Part shown: positions 1 to 14,600 of the stretch, piece after piece
Numbering within the stretch: the first letter of the stretch is position 1
Layout: each line of letters starts with the position of its first letter
Assembly (NCBI GenBank): GCA_051362555.1
Contig: CM120640.1
Location: forward strand, 34,677,967-34,741,966
From: Lingula anatina
Taxonomy: Eukaryota > Animalia > Brachiopoda
Length of the DNA stretch: 64,000 nucleotides
Direction of reading: 5' to 3'
Notes under the pieces: generated by a model
Databases searched by the model: none
The model's input: only the letters and a program-made list of their open reading frames with translations
Told to the model about the DNA's origin: nothing
Translations under genes and position numbers: made by a program

Positions 1-577
1 GGGGTCCTTAGTCTATTAAAACTGTATGGCCTGGTGGAGGCTGGATTTTATGGGGATCCAGGTTTTTAGTTATGTCAGGTAGTGTAGGTTTTTTTGGTAT
101 TTGTCCAATGCTGGATGAGCACCGAGTGGCAGACACGTACGTTGGCTGTCGTCGTGTGCATATTGATAGCCACTTGGTGATGACGTTCTACGGCTGAACG
201 CGACACTTAACGAGTAGGCCTTGTTTCCTGTCTTAGCACAGCACGCTTGTGTCGCTGTTAAAGCGCAGCCACTGAGATAGGGTTGAAGGCTGGGAGAGGC
301 AGGACTTGATGCTATTTCAGCTTACCATCGTCTACTAACTAGGAGGATAGTCGGGCTTCTTTCCCGCGTACTGTTTGATTGAATCGATTCTGATGTGTTT
401 GTGTAAATATCGTATGTCATTCATTGAGTCACGGGTTGGCCTTGCGTAGCCTTTTTGCCGTCCGTGCCCTTACGGTCCGCCTTGCACGCCCTGCGGCACT
501 CAGCCAGTCTGAACCTACAGCTAAATACAGAGGATTCTCGGAGGGGTTGTATCTGTATCATCTGAACAATCGTTGTT

Positions 578-595
578 ATGCATTTGCCAATGGAG
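578..595 (+). CDS. TFAP2: Candidate proximal first coding exon of AP-2 (MHLPME)
   Basis: ATG at 578 follows an in-frame TGA at 563. ATG CAT TTG CCA ATG GAG is followed by donor GTACGT at 596. Phase 0 joins the next exon to give MHLPMEDRRTD, resembling short alternative AP-2 N-termini (...AMDR/AMER). The intron would be 157 nt. Other first exons may lie upstream of the window. Confidence 0.55.
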
Positions 596-752
596 GTACG
601 TAGGTCAGCCCGCCCTCCAGCCAACAACATTCATAGATCCAAATTAAGACTACTTTACTGGTCCTCATAATAGATTGCTGTTGTTTTGTTTCGGGGGGCT
701 ATTTGGCAATCGATGGTAAATTTCACGTTGTGTTTTTGTTTCTGTTTTATAG

Positions 753-1205
753 GACAGGCGAACCGACTTTGTGGCTCACACCAGTTTAGCACAGCTGGGG
801 GTGAGCTCCGTAGGATCTTCATCTTTCTCCACGGCTCCCCGTCTCTCACACAACCCCAGCACGGACTTCCAACCGCCTTACTTTCCACCACCCTACCACA
901 ACCTACCGCCACAACAGGACTTCCATCACCATGCCGTGAATGCAGCAGACCCCTACTCTCACTTCGCCAACAGTTTTCAACCACACCACCAGTACCCACA
1001 GCTCCAAGACTCCAGGAGTGTACTACGGCGGGATGACCCGCTATCACAAATGCACCCCGCCCTGCCGGGACCCTACGACCGCAGGCTGTACAGTGGACAC
1101 ACCGTACCCCGGCCCGACCTTCACGGAGCTCATACACACGGCCTAGACCAGGAAACTGCTCTTAGTCTTCATGGATCCTCCATGTTGGGAATCGAGGATG
1201 GACAG
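753..1205 (+). CDS. TFAP2: AP-2 exon 2, Pro/Gln/His-rich transactivation domain with PY motif
   Basis: Acceptor tttctgttttatag at 751-752. Encodes DRRTDFVAH...STDFQPPYFPPPY...DPYSH...GIEDGQ, with the hallmark AP-2 motif FQPPYFPPPY. Donor CAG|GTAAGA at 1206. 453 nt, phase 0/0. Confidence 0.95.
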
Positions 1206-4200
1206 GTAAGACGGGGATTTTATTATTTTGCAGCTGATATTTATTCATGTAGGTCATGCTTCTAGATTTTTTATTTTTATTGCTCTGGTATGAAAAAAGG
1301 ACACTTAAAGAATGGTTTCCCAAACGGTTACTTAACACACAAAAAATGCCGTAAAAATTAGTTAATTTGGAAAAAAACCTCCTAAAAGAAGACAACCATA
1401 TGTATTAGAAAACTACCCTTGAATTGTTGGACGTATGTAGCATTAAGTGCCCAGATTGGAGTGACTTCAGTGGATGAAAGTGGAGTAATTTTTAAATCCA
1501 GCCCTCACCCCCTTCCATACCAACTTGTGTAACTTCAGACCTCGACGAATAAAAATAGTTTCTTGGCTGTGAACTTGTCTGAAGATAACCAAGAACAAAA
1601 AATATCTATGCAGGAATTCAATATGGCCGCTCCATGCCTTTGACCTCAAAAAAACTCCAAGGTGTCTTATTTATGGATATTTTCCTTTTTATCTGATAGG
1701 GTTAAAATACAGTCTCTGTGTACGAAAAAAGTGCGAGTGGTGGTGCGACGTTGTTAGGCTAAAAGTCTGATTAATTCTGTCAGCAGCAAGGGAGAAGTAA
1801 TTGTTGAATTGAACTAGTTGTTATTTGAATCCCCTCAATTAAAAATATTCAATTCTTACTGATTTCCCTCCTCTGTATAAACTTATAAACACGATTCGAT
1901 TCAACGGAGAATAATTTGAGGTAGACCACGCGTCTTATGTCGCATGCAATATCCATGAAATCCGAAGAAAAACATGGTTTTATATTTCTTTCATTTTGTG
2001 TTATTTTCACTAATTGCATGAAGTGTGATGTTACATGGCATCATGTCAGAAAGTAGGATAAGTTGTATTTTCCTTCTTTGCTTCTTCGCTGTTTAAGTCT
2101 TGTACTCCCTACGATTCAAAATTATTATAATTTAGGCAGGCAAATAATCGGAACGATAAAGGCACACGCAGACGCTATCGAAAGAACCCTTTAACTGACA
2201 GGAAGCGGCCATTTTCTTTTTTGTACACAACTTTTATTTGATAACTCTGAATTATTTGGTTGTAAGAAAATATTTGATATCATTAGCGTACATGGAAACA
2301 ACAATGTGGTGCCCGGGTGTTAGAGAAATATCCCGAGGTTGGAAGGGATAATTAACTGGGGGAGGTGAGAAACTACCTGTCTGTGGTTTCATAGTATCAA
2401 TGATTTCATTTCTCGATAAGATGTAATAACGTAGTGGGGCGCTTATTAAACCAGATAAATATTTTATAATATTAGATTAGGAAGATGACTGATCATGACA
2501 GGTTGTAGCGTTCAATTTACCTGTGTTTTGGTATCAAGAGAGATGACAACATACTGTTTCGGAATTAAAAGCTATTCGTCCGTAACCGATTTTGTATTAA
2601 TCTGGGTGAAATCTACCCTGTCCGGGGGTTCTCACGGTGATCTGATCTTAAGACTGTCTTGTCCGTTAATTATGCTTACGTTCTCGGAGTTGATCAGACA
2701 CACATGCGTGGGTCAATCAAAAATTTTGATCACCTTTCATGATGTGGATCAAGCCTATAAAACTAGAGATATAAAATAAATAAAACGAGATTTAAATTGG
2801 CATATAGAAATCAAATCAGAACATTTTAAGACTTATTGAAAAAGTCACAGCTTATCATAATAAAACAAAACTTATTTAAATATGTATATTTTTGGAAGCT
2901 TGTGGACGGCGAAAATCTTAATTCAGTCCGTTCTTATCACTCAACCTACCAGGCAAGTCAATTACCCAAAATTACATCCAGATATTTACAGAGTGTCGAG
3001 ATTCTCTCATGTGAAAAAATTCGGATTTTTGATTGATCGTTGAGGGGATCAGGTGACCAAGACTTCAAAGGAGAAATAGGCATTGTTTTAAGAAATGAAC
3101 ATTTGATCCAGTTCGAAATCTAGCTCAAACCTCTTGAATAAAGCCGTCGAGTTTTTGCCCTGTGTTTATTTGTGCGTGGTGAGGCCGGGCATACAGATAT
3201 GTGGGGCCCACTTTTAACTTTCACTTCTAGATTTACTTGAAAACCCAATAACTGATGTAAGGTGAATGTCGGACGTCTAATCAGAGGTGTAAAATATATA
3301 AACGCACTGCTCAGATCAAAGCCAAAATTAATGGCGGTTTAAGATCTCATCTGGACCTTTACCTAAATGTTTTCGCTTTTTTTCGCTCTTTAAACGTCCC
3401 ATAAATTTGTGCTGCTAGTGAGTAAGTATATGTTATGCTTACTTTTACAGACGGGCGGGTTTTGAGTCAGATATATAAATTCGGGTAGGCGACCGAACAG
3501 GATCTCCTAATTACGGTGTGTTACGCGAGGTAAAGCCCAAATTAAGTGAATTCAATGGCAGGCGCATCGAATTCAAATAAGAGGTTCATTCCGAATTTTA
3601 GACATTGGCATTCTTTTTTTCTTGTCGAAGAGATGCATAAACAGTCGCAATACTTGTAATAACATTATGTGTGGCAACTTTTCTGTATTTTATAAGGCTG
3701 GTAATTGCGTTTATTGTGGCTTGCTTTGAGTAACACTACGCCGAAGAGACACACTTCTCTCAATTCTTAATGAAAAGTGCAAAAGGCCGGATACTCGAGA
3801 ACAGAAGAATGTTATTTTTATTATTATTTGAGCGTAGATAAACCTTGTTTAATAATAGGACATCTAGCAATTAGAACCACAGTAGTGAAAACATGGGTAG
3901 GTTGGGGATTTTTTTGTAAAAAATAAGTTTTTTTTATTGTTTTATTACAAGAAACGCGTTTAAATTTATGTTCTTCATCAAAATACGATCATCTTAATTC
4001 GGCGTGAAATATTTTTGAACTAAATAAAGTAGATTGTAAACCACTCATTAAATATTTATTTTTATGAACCTGGAAAATTAAGTTTTTGCACAATATTTAT
4101 TCGCTTATAAATTCAACGAACATAATTTAGAACTCATTTCAACAAAGGTCAAATTGAATAGTTTAAGACATGTTTTTATTTATATATTTTTCTGTTCTCA

Positions 4201-7200
4201 ACTTGTTGGCGGGGTAAGGATATGTATTTAAAGATTGGAAAATTGCAGTGTGATAAATCTGATCTTAACTATTCTCATTTTATTCAAAATAGATGAAGAA
4301 TAAATATTAATAGACAAATAAATACGTGGAAAATTGCAGAAAGCTGCGAAAGAAAAATAAAAACGGATAAAAGTTGATTATTATGTCTAGCGTACTAAAA
4401 CCCTGCATTTGATCTCAAACAGATGGCAATAAGTCTCCTTGAAAGGGTAACAATTTCTTGGACAATAGTTTGTGAACACGTCAGGTGTTACACAAGAGCA
4501 TGCCTCCGCCTTACCAAGGATTACATGGTAGTTGTCCAAAATAAGAGGGCACAATAGCTTTTCATCGGAGGTGTTGAAAACTGTAGTCTAACAGCAATGA
4601 ACTGTTAGTAGCAGTGAGGAAGAAAAACAAAGCATTGCTCAACTCTCAATGCCCAGGTTGAAATTAGGTGTTTGCAATTACATTTGAAATGTAATGCAAC
4701 CCAGCTTATCCGCCCCTACCTATATATAAATGGCACCGAAACATTGAAAAACACAGTGCATCGGGGGCTGGCAAACATATTCTTGTATTGACAGTGAAAT
4801 CAAGTTTAGCCGTAGTGCGTTTTCACTGTTAAATTGTTAAACCACGGCATTTTGTGTGGCTTATCAAGTTATTTCCCTGATTTAATAAAACTCGAGTAGT
4901 ACATATTTAATAAAGTCTTTGATAAGCAGAATTTCATGAGCCGTGGTGCATGAAAGAGGCGAGATCGATTGCTTTGTTTTATTCTCAGATCGACCAGATG
5001 CATCTTTCAAACATGGTAAAAAGTATGCAGTGTTGACATTTGAACCTGGGTAACTGTATAACTGAATAAAATGTCTAGACAGACATTGCCAATAATTTTA
5101 TTCTGCAAAATGAAAGCGAGTGAGATTTTTATCACGTGACCAGGGACGCTGATCTACAAAATACACAGTCAAATGCATTCAAATGTTGGTATTTCTTTAT
5201 TTCATCTGACTGGTAATTTTCTTTGAGAATTTCCTCCTTTCACTGGAAGACTTAAGCATGCACATTGTAGTGACAGTAAAATCGTTGTAAACTGTCGCCC
5301 TTCTGTTACCCAGATGGTGCGAATGTAGCTTGTAAAATAACGCTAATTTGACAAACTCTCTAGTTAATGATTAATATTACACAACACGCTTGAGCAGGGC
5401 TAATGTTGAATATAAGAATCAAATCAATAGAGCCGGGGCTTTATCTCCATTAGAAGCAATTGAATGAGCCCTTGATTATTGTCTGTTTCAGCGAAATGAT
5501 ATAGGAAAGGGAAGAGAAAGTTCATTCAAATTTTACGCATTGATTGACTGATACTCTCAATCTCGATGAAATGATATTTAGGAAAATCAGGAGTAAATTA
5601 AAGGTCGACGAACCTTACTGATATGATCTTTGTCTGTTAGACGAGCGATTCATTATTATCATCTGTAAATGACTGAAGGAGGAAGGAACACTATCATTCG
5701 TAAAATTGATCACATCTAGATAGAGGGATACATCTAGATAGAAGGATTTAATTATTGACGACTTATATAGCTTCTGACAGAAAATAATTCAGATATCCCG
5801 TTTTTGTAATTTATAGCATGTAGTGTTCGCGTATTGATAGCAGAAATGAACATGGGAAGCCAGTATGTTTTTGGTAATGGTAAAGTAACATGTATTTGGT
5901 TGGTTACATTTGACAGCAGCTATCAAAACAAAAACATAGCCATCGGGGAATCGGGAAGATAACTCGGATTTCTTTGAGAAGGCAGTCGGTGCAAATTGTA
6001 TTCGAAGCCATGAACAAACCCAACAAAATATTATTCCAATATTATTACATCAGTGTCGTTGAATGAAATTTTTAGGTTTAAATTCATGTTTGCAATGATT
6101 TGATAGGGGTGCCATTTTACTTTGTTCCTGGAATTCTTGGATATATTTCTGGCATTTAGTGTGTCACTACAACATGCTGTTAGTATCCAGATCTAAAATA
6201 GCATCTTTTTGGCCTGAAGCAGACGATCGTTCGCTTAGTATTTTAGCCTGGGTGAGGGAGTGCATTGCGAGCTACCTGCAGTTTTAACATCAGTGTTTTG
6301 GTCCACGATCAACCCTCCTTTTGTCTGCGCTAATCCCCCTTTTCAGTGCTTGTGTATTTTGTCAGATGATGAATAATTAGACTTGATCGACGAGGTGGAG
6401 ATAGCCCAATCTTCCTCCTACATCAAAGTAACGCGCCGTACCACGGTTTTTGTACGCGTTCTCCCTAAAAAATTCGAATTATTTTTCTTCATTGAGGAGA
6501 TAAAGTTTAGACCCCTGCAAAGAGCCTATTACGCTAATTAAGCTTTCAAAACAAGGAACAGAAGGAGAGTAGGCCATTCGGTACACTCAAGTTTTCTTTT
6601 ACCGTCAGTGAAATCACATAAAAAATCCAATTTCATACGTCTGTAGTCCTAATCTGGTTATGAAGGATGTACATACGAGTAAGGTTTTATAATTGGGTTA
6701 AGTACAACTTCTGAAGAGTTCTATTACAAATACGTATTGCCCCTTCTGTGGTGAATTTAATCACCAACAAGAAGATACTTTTCCGAAGTTTTAAGTAACA
6801 CCGAATATTGACACAAGGTCTGTCTAAATAGAAATCGGCCGGATCAACTGGCCACTAAACGCTGCCCAATTAAAGTGGACACACTTAATTAATAGGTCAT
6901 ATGGCACTGATTCAAGTTCCAGACTGATATGAAATACTTTTGAAACGCACAAAACATTGGTTTGATTTCTGCGCTCCTTGGGACAGATGTATAAAAAACA
7001 ATATTGTAGAAAAACCATAGCGTCTCGGTATCGGTAGTGTGAGTCCGTAGCAATTTGCGAAAAGAAAGGTAATTAAACTGGCACCTGATCTAAGGCTTTG
7101 GTTTTAATGCCAATTAAATACGAGAGATACATTTTGCATAAGAAGAAGCTCGAGTTTCCAGGGATCAAAGAGTGACGGGGTGCTAGAATGACGACCCCAA

Positions 7201-7913
7201 TTTTCGAAGATTTAACCCCGATCCATCGACAAATAATGGTGTCAAAACTTATTTTTATTAACAGAAGTTTGATTTTCAGCCGTGCAAGCCCCTGTTGCCT
7301 TAACATGTTGCACGCTGAAAAAGTGTATATTTTAGGTGCTTTCTTACTCGTATAGTTGTTATAGTTCACAGAGGAATTTTGTTAGGCAAACATTAGGAAT
7401 GACAATGCCCCCGGGATGTCAATTAATATCGAGGTTATGAAAAACAGTACAATGTTTCAATCTTAATGATTCCCATGTTTCTCAGAAGGGTTCTTAATTC
7501 CAGTGCAAAAGACTGCTGTATTTTTATGACGAATCACAAGACACATATATCGGTTCACTGTCAAAATATTTTTAATTATTCACGAAATCAATTTTTTTGG
7601 CTTGCAGGTAAATGCGTGTGAAAAAGTGTACTAAATGAAATAGCACGTAACATTAACACGAAACATTATTCATTTGATAAATTATGAGAAAAATGGCTCT
7701 GACTAAAATCAAGCGATGAAAATAAATGGTCAATACTCATTTTTGATTAAGATAGTAATTTTATGTATCAAAACTTTTACCTATACTCAAGTTATTTTAT
7801 TTATCCTAGCTCTTAATTTATAGTCAATATCAGATATCTATCGTGCTCTTAAAATACAAAAATTATTTTCTTCATAACTTTTCGTATCTTAATTTAAATG
7901 TACTTTTTTACAG

Positions 7914-7974
7914 GGTTCAGTCGATGACTCTGGCAATTATATACCAGGCGATCATAGCTCAGTCATTCGCAAAG
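7914..7974 (+). CDS. TFAP2: AP-2 exon 3 (GSVDDSGNYIPGDHSSVIRK)
   Basis: Acceptor tactttttacag and donor AAG|GTAAGT. 61 nt, phase 0 in and phase 1 out, matching both neighbours. DHSSVIRK resembles the AP-2 exon-3 motif DQ(S/T)VIKK. Not in the ORF track. Confidence 0.85.
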
Positions 7975-10900
7975 GTAAGTGGAATTTAGTCTTGCATCAG
8001 TAGTTTGGTATTGGAAGTGAGCCATCGGAGCAACTGCACCATAAGTTAGTCATATCCTGTGGTACTTTAGGAGGACTGAAATCGGTTCTCCATAATTATT
8101 GGGCTATTGCAATAAACATTTTAAGCTTGAGGACCATTTTTAGGCATACGAATTTTTCATCGCCAAAGTTTTACATGACACAGTTAAATACAAATTTACT
8201 GAGTAATTTAAACAAACTTGAGAGGGATATTTTGTTAATTTTTTTTTTTTTTTGCGATAAATTAATATCTACAATATCATTTTGGTGTACGTCCGATTTA
8301 AACCAAAGATACCTGAGCTAAAATAAATACTGTTAGAATAAGATAAAAATTTATTTAACACAGCCGGTAGCTTTCCCTCGTCTTCCCAACTGCTCGCTAT
8401 TGTCCGTTCGTTTTGTCCATCCAAATAGGCCTCTCCTATGCTAACATGACCTTGCGGTTGTGTCACGTCCATTCTTTATAAGCAAAAATTCCCGAAATTG
8501 GAATCAATGATTTTCAATATTCCAACCCAAGTAGAAAACTATGTTATGTCGATACCACTAGACGTTGTTTGGAATAAAACTCGTCTGCATACAGATAAAT
8601 ATACTTTTCGCTTTTTAAAACGCTGGGAGTTCACAAATGCCACGATGATTTATTGGTCTTTCCTTTTATATTCAGGTTTTACTTTTGAAACGTCTGCTAA
8701 TGTTTGAGTAGATACGCGGTTTCTATGAGCTAGCATAGGTTTTTATTGATTTCGCTCATCCAGATCTTCCTCCTAAGATTAGCACAGCAATTTGCTACCG
8801 TTGTTGTAACATAGGTGGATCTTAATGCACTAGCCTTGCAACAAGAAGCGCGCACTATGTACAAACAAATGGCAAATCCATGTTTGAGGAATCACGGTGC
8901 AAAATGAGACACAATAGATAATCCCCTTCGTATTGTACTCGATTGAGGGCTCTTGTTATTTCGGTAGCCTCCTTTGGCATAAGGGGACATTTTGATGCCA
9001 CATGTGTATTCGAGAGGCAGTTGTTAATAAAGTTGCTTAGAGATATTTGTTTGTCATCGAGGTGGCGTGCGCCTATTCACGATTTGGCCAATGAGCGGGA
9101 AGAGGGCGTTTTGAATCACTGAATCATATTATATGCAGTCGTCACAATTGACTTTGATTATGGTTGGAGAAGGTGCCTAGTATGTATGCCTCTTCTGCCC
9201 CGCAGCCTGCTTAAACCGCGTACTTGGTACCGACAGGTAGCATTGGGACATATTACGATCAAAACTATGTTAATGGTGACCTCTTGATTCTCTGTCATTC
9301 TTCGAAAGGCAGACGAACATGAATACAATGTGGAAAATTTGCCTGTAATTATGATAACTGTACAATGGTTAGGGTCCCTCTCCTGCCATACACAGGCGTG
9401 ACCTTTGGTTTTACATGTATTGTCACTTCCCACGTGCATAGAAATCAACTAGATACGTTTATTCTTCAGCCGGACAAGTATCCAAGGCACCGTCAGACCC
9501 CTCTGCTCTTACAAACAAAACTAGCATAGTTGTATTGTTAATGGAAATAACTATCTATAGTTCTTAAATAAAGGACTGTAGTACGTGTGGTCATGCCTTC
9601 CAGCATCTTTCCAGCCATTGCAATATTTCCCAATTTCTATTTGATAACTTCATTACAAGTCCATTACACTCCTCATGTTTATTCTGGAAATGTTTTTTGA
9701 AACCCGCCGGACCACACTGGCCAATTACATCGATGAATGAAAACTTCTGGGGTGTTCGCCTTTGATAGAACTGACTCTAAGGCAATTTTTCATATTGTAC
9801 TTCACAAGGAAAACATACAATTTGACGGGCCGGCTATCTACCCAAAGGCGATTGCACAATCGCATACTACAATCAATGAAAGTAGTTAAAGCATCGTTGC
9901 CCGCTGGCGTTCGAAACGCTGGGGTTACCTATTTAACAAAGCATCTAACTGACCAAAATGAAGTCTATGGGGAGAGTCTCACAATAGCCAGCGTGTTTTT
10001 AAGGCAATGAACAGGAGAAAGTTAACTTGTATCGTGTTGCAAAATTTGCTGTGGGAGGTATAGGCAGTGCCTCTGCGGTCGAATAGAAAACACTTCTAAA
10101 ACTTGCTCAATTTTTTTGCGGTTCTGTACTGGAAGATAGTGAATCAAGGTTACTGGAAAAAAGATATAAACCTGATTATTTTACCCTGACCTCAAAACCA
10201 TTGTAGAACCTGGGTCTATGTCGGTTGCCAAGATACACAACTTGGCAGACGTCAATGCACACAGTTGTACCAAATTTTGGGAACCCAATTGGCTCTGGTA
10301 AGAATTTCCTGACCTATCACAGCAAGCGGTTCCACTGAGTCCTGGTTAGGTCCCTTTGTGTATTAGCTCTGATGTAAGAACCGAATATCTCGAATAAATG
10401 CTGCTGTTTTTGCTGCCAGGCACGAATTCAGCAAAAATTATCCCCCTGCCAGTGGCATTTTAACCAAAGTTACCGATAGTTTTGATTGGATAATGCCATT
10501 TAGTGTCCCAATAGGTCAATGCAGCGAATCGCTTTTGATTTGCAATATTTTTTTCAAGAAGAAATTCTCGACCGTACCTCTCACTGTTCCCATGCCCCGA
10601 AGGAGGTAACGCGAACCCGAAAGGTGTGATTATTCAATGAATTTGGCAGTTACGTATGACTAGCAAATTCGTATGACTTAGGTGCAAAAAGCAGATGGTT
10701 GTTACTAAAGCCATATGCAATAACGTCGTTGAAATGTACCCATATCCGATACCTAATTTGGACATGTTCCTTAGGGTCTTAAGCTTAAGGTGAATGCCTT
10801 TCGAAATAAAAATGGCGACTGTAGTACGAGTCAATAACAAGGATGGCAAATTAAAGTGAAATTAATTTTCAACGAATTTTAGACTTAAGGTGTACTGATG

Positions 10901-11476
10901 TGAATACAATTGTAAAATATAGATTTATAGAAATTGAATTACTTTATCGATATATTTTAATAGAAATGAATGATATTCGTTTGAGCAACAAAATACTAAT
11001 GCAATATTTTAGTAGACAATTTTCAAAATGCTTATTTACATGAAATCCGCCTTGAGCAACGACTTTTCTTTCTTTCTGTGTTATATAAGTTTGTTTGCAA
11101 TTCAGACAGGAATATGACCAAACAGTGTATGTCTAGAAATAGTCTAATCGATAACGAACTCTAGTTTAATATTAAGCTGTTCATTTTTGTTAATATCAAC
11201 GAAAACTTTGTGACCATTTAGGTAAATCGTTGTCATAAACGGAGTGAGATGCACTGTAGACGAATTATTTAAATGAGGTTTAGAACCCCAAAACATTTTT
11301 TGTCCAAACGAATACATTGTATTTAAATTAATCTCCAAATAATTTTGGAATATTTTCAAAATACGAAAAAAAAATAAAGAATAGAATAATTACATGTTAA
11401 TGATTTTTAGATGCCAATTTTATGTTATTTTAAAAAATAAAAATTGACAAGACATCTTATGTTCTTTTCCAACCAG

Positions 11477-11678
11477 CGGGTAACAGAATTAAGAGCGACA
11501 CCAAAGACATCGTGATCTCAGGGGTAACAGCACCTACAGACGTGTTCTGTTCAGTTCCCGGGCGGCTGTCATTACTTAGCTCTACGTCAAAATACAAAGT
11601 CACAGTGGCAGAAGTGCAACGAAGACTCTCTCCCCCAGAATGTTTGAATGCTTCCCTATTAGGAGGCGTCTTAAGAAG
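11477..11678 (+). CDS. TFAP2: AP-2 exon 4, N-terminal part of the DNA-binding domain
   Basis: Acceptor ttcttttccaaccag. Encodes ...[46 protein letters not shown](R), essentially the invariant AP-2 sequence. Donor AAG|GTAGGT. 202 nt, phase 1/2. Not in the ORF track. Confidence 0.97.
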
Positions 11679-14600
11679 GTAGGTGAAGCAAAATAAAACT
11701 GTTTAGAATTTTTTTTCGTTAATTTTCCAACTTGTATTTCAGGTTTTTGCAGCCATTTTTAATTAGTCGTTGCTAAAATTATTTTAAATATTTTCTTAAA
11801 AAACCTTTGAAAATTCTTTTGAATGGCACCCATACCCTCCCCGTTGGAGCAGCTTAGAAATAATATTCTTTTGATATAGTTCGTTCTTTTAAGGTCCAGA
11901 AAAACGGACCATGCAAAGAAAAAAGTTTTGTAGGTGAAACAATGTACGAATTCTTAAGTTTGTTTTTCTATTGGTTGAGTTGTCGAGAACAATTCCAATT
12001 GACTGGCAGGAAATAAGAACGGTATTCTGTAAATAACGAATCATTCACCACCCGCTCTCCATTTCTTTACAAATCCAGGGGCATGACACCATAAATAAAT
12101 TTAAACCAAAGTTGCTGAGACATTCGTCAGCTAAATGTACAAATAAAGTAAAATGATATTTTACAAAATAATTATGGTACTGTATGGCCCTGTGGAATTT
12201 TTGGTAAGCTGATATCTTCGAAACAATTACATGCTTGCGCGGATCAGTAACTCCGATTCCTAAATTGTCTTCCGCCATTTGCAAATTATGGGGGATAAGT
12301 CTTAGCCAATTTTCTAGGTTTGAAATTTAGTTCGTACCTGCCGACGTTTCGGTGAACGTTGAGCTGCGTTCGGATTTAATAAAAGGAGTGGTGTATGTTT
12401 AATCCTTTTCCACTCGCCTAGTTGAGAAAAATGCGCCCAAATTGAGACATTTTTGAACACAGACACAGGGCTTTGTCTGAACTAGGTACACCAATTTACC
12501 TTTGATTTCCACTGCTGCCCTTGCTGACCCTTCAAAACCTTTTCAAATGCTACTAATACTCCCGACTATGTAGCCAAAGAATATTTGTATTAGTGGCCAG
12601 CTAAATACTTGAACAAATTGGCGCTTTTTTGGGCCCTGGATAGAGCTCGGGCCAACCCGACTACATTTTAATATTATCTTTCGGCATCATTCCATTACTA
12701 TCTTTTTTATTTGTATAAATCAAGCTGATTTAATTTTATTCAAAGTGACCAGTTGAATCATAAATTATTAATTTATTAATTTAAACTTCATTAATTATTT
12801 TTTGATTTTTTTAAAAATAACTTAAATAAATCTTTTTCTCCCACCCAAGTTGCAGAAAGCATAATTTTTTCTCCATATGAAACTGACCCTAATATTTGCA
12901 TAATCAGTCTTTTCCCTAATCTGGTTAACGAACAAAAACAACCACTTACGGAGAAAAAATAAAAGCACAGGCATCGAGTGGGTCCCGGCCAAAAACGGGA
13001 TTAACCATAAGAGAGGACCACGCAACACCTTTAAACACACAGTTTCTATAGTTGTGAAGTGGAATTAACACCCCTGCCCACTCCACTTCATTAGTTAGTC
13101 TGGGATGCGGCGGGACATATTTAAGTTATTAAACCACAACAATATTTGGGGCAAAACAAAAAGTTCAATAGGGACTTTTGCCCCAGAGGGTGGATCTTGT
13201 TCTAGTATCTCACTGCTACTCCAAACTCAGACATTAAGTAATCAGGTACACACTAAAAGTAAACGACAAGCCCGCCAATTACTACCGATTGAGCGCACAG
13301 AAACAGTGGACAACTGTCAAGAAGTTTTCTTGTTTTGTACTTGGTAATTTTCGTTTCGAATGCCACCCAATTCGTCCTTTATATAGGCCCATTTCTTTGT
13401 GTAAAGTATTACGGAAAGCACACACAGCATTCTTGTAAGGTAAATTTACATTAAGGGTCTATTTAGCGTTTATTTATTGGGTAAGGATCGGTGCTCCCTT
13501 GCAGCCATTTTTGATTGTGCAAACGTCACCATTATGTATTCTTGCGCCCCTTTGCTCTTTGAAGTGGTATCTAACATGCTCAGCTGTTTATTGTGCACAT
13601 GTTTCCAGTTTTTCCTTTCTCTATATTTCACCCTTCCAATCGATGAACTGTTTACTTTGTTCTGTGTTTTTGCAAACTCGACTGGCGGTTATTGTAGGGA
13701 CGCTGTCATCACCACTAAGCAGTGACTCCGTGAACCTAACATTGCAAACGCTTTGTTTGCTGTATATGGTAATTTTTGCTTCGTGAGCAGCTAAAGCATT
13801 AAGTAAACTCCAAAATAATGTAGCCTTCTCAGTCCTTTTGCCACAATCGCGGAGTATTGTGAAATCTCTGGATACCTCCTAATAAAGCTAGAGGATTTGG
13901 TTTGTGTAGGAGCATTATAATGAATTGTTTATACACTTCCAATATTATATGCAGGTTGCATTCAAAGCGGTTGTGCATTAGGTTTTAGTGGATGGTGCTC
14001 CCGTGATCTTTTACCTGAACACCGTGAGTTTTTACAATACCCCTTCTTAGTCATGTTTGAAAGAAGCGATCAGTTCCATTGAATTAAGTCCCATTGGAAT
14101 CGAAAGGTAACCGCTTTTTAAAGGATTCATCGACGCCACGTTTTTATCACTGTGAAACTTAAAGCTGTTTACAAAACCAACGTTTTATTGCTTAATGGAT
14201 TTGACTGTAAATTTCATTCATATTTCTACTCTTCGTTCATTTCAAAGGAGGGCTTCCTCCCCAAAACACGCAGTTGGCCCCAGGATGGGGCTTCTTCAAT
14301 ATCTCTGTTGACACTGACTACTATTGGTGAATAGAAATGTTGTTCCATTTAGTTTTGCCTTTTGTTGACCGGGACTCAAGTGGCATAGGCATGCTTTCTT
14401 CGACAGCCAACCTGGGCTTTGTACCCCTTTACAATTTACAGAGTATCAATCGCTTGCTCCTTTTCCCTTCACTAAAGTCAATTGCTGTTTTCCCCCAGGG
14501 TTTGCTAGGGGTTTTTATGCTTCATTGGCCATTCTTATATCTACCATCCAAGAGGTCCGAAGTTTGCGTTCCGCTGACCAGTAGCTAATTCAACTATAAA

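Noticed and set aside
421-1395. Antisense and alternative-frame ORFs (421-630, 655-1137, 686-1036, 940-1146) over AP-2 exon 2
   Set aside because: Shadows of a GC-rich coding exon with no recognisable motifs.
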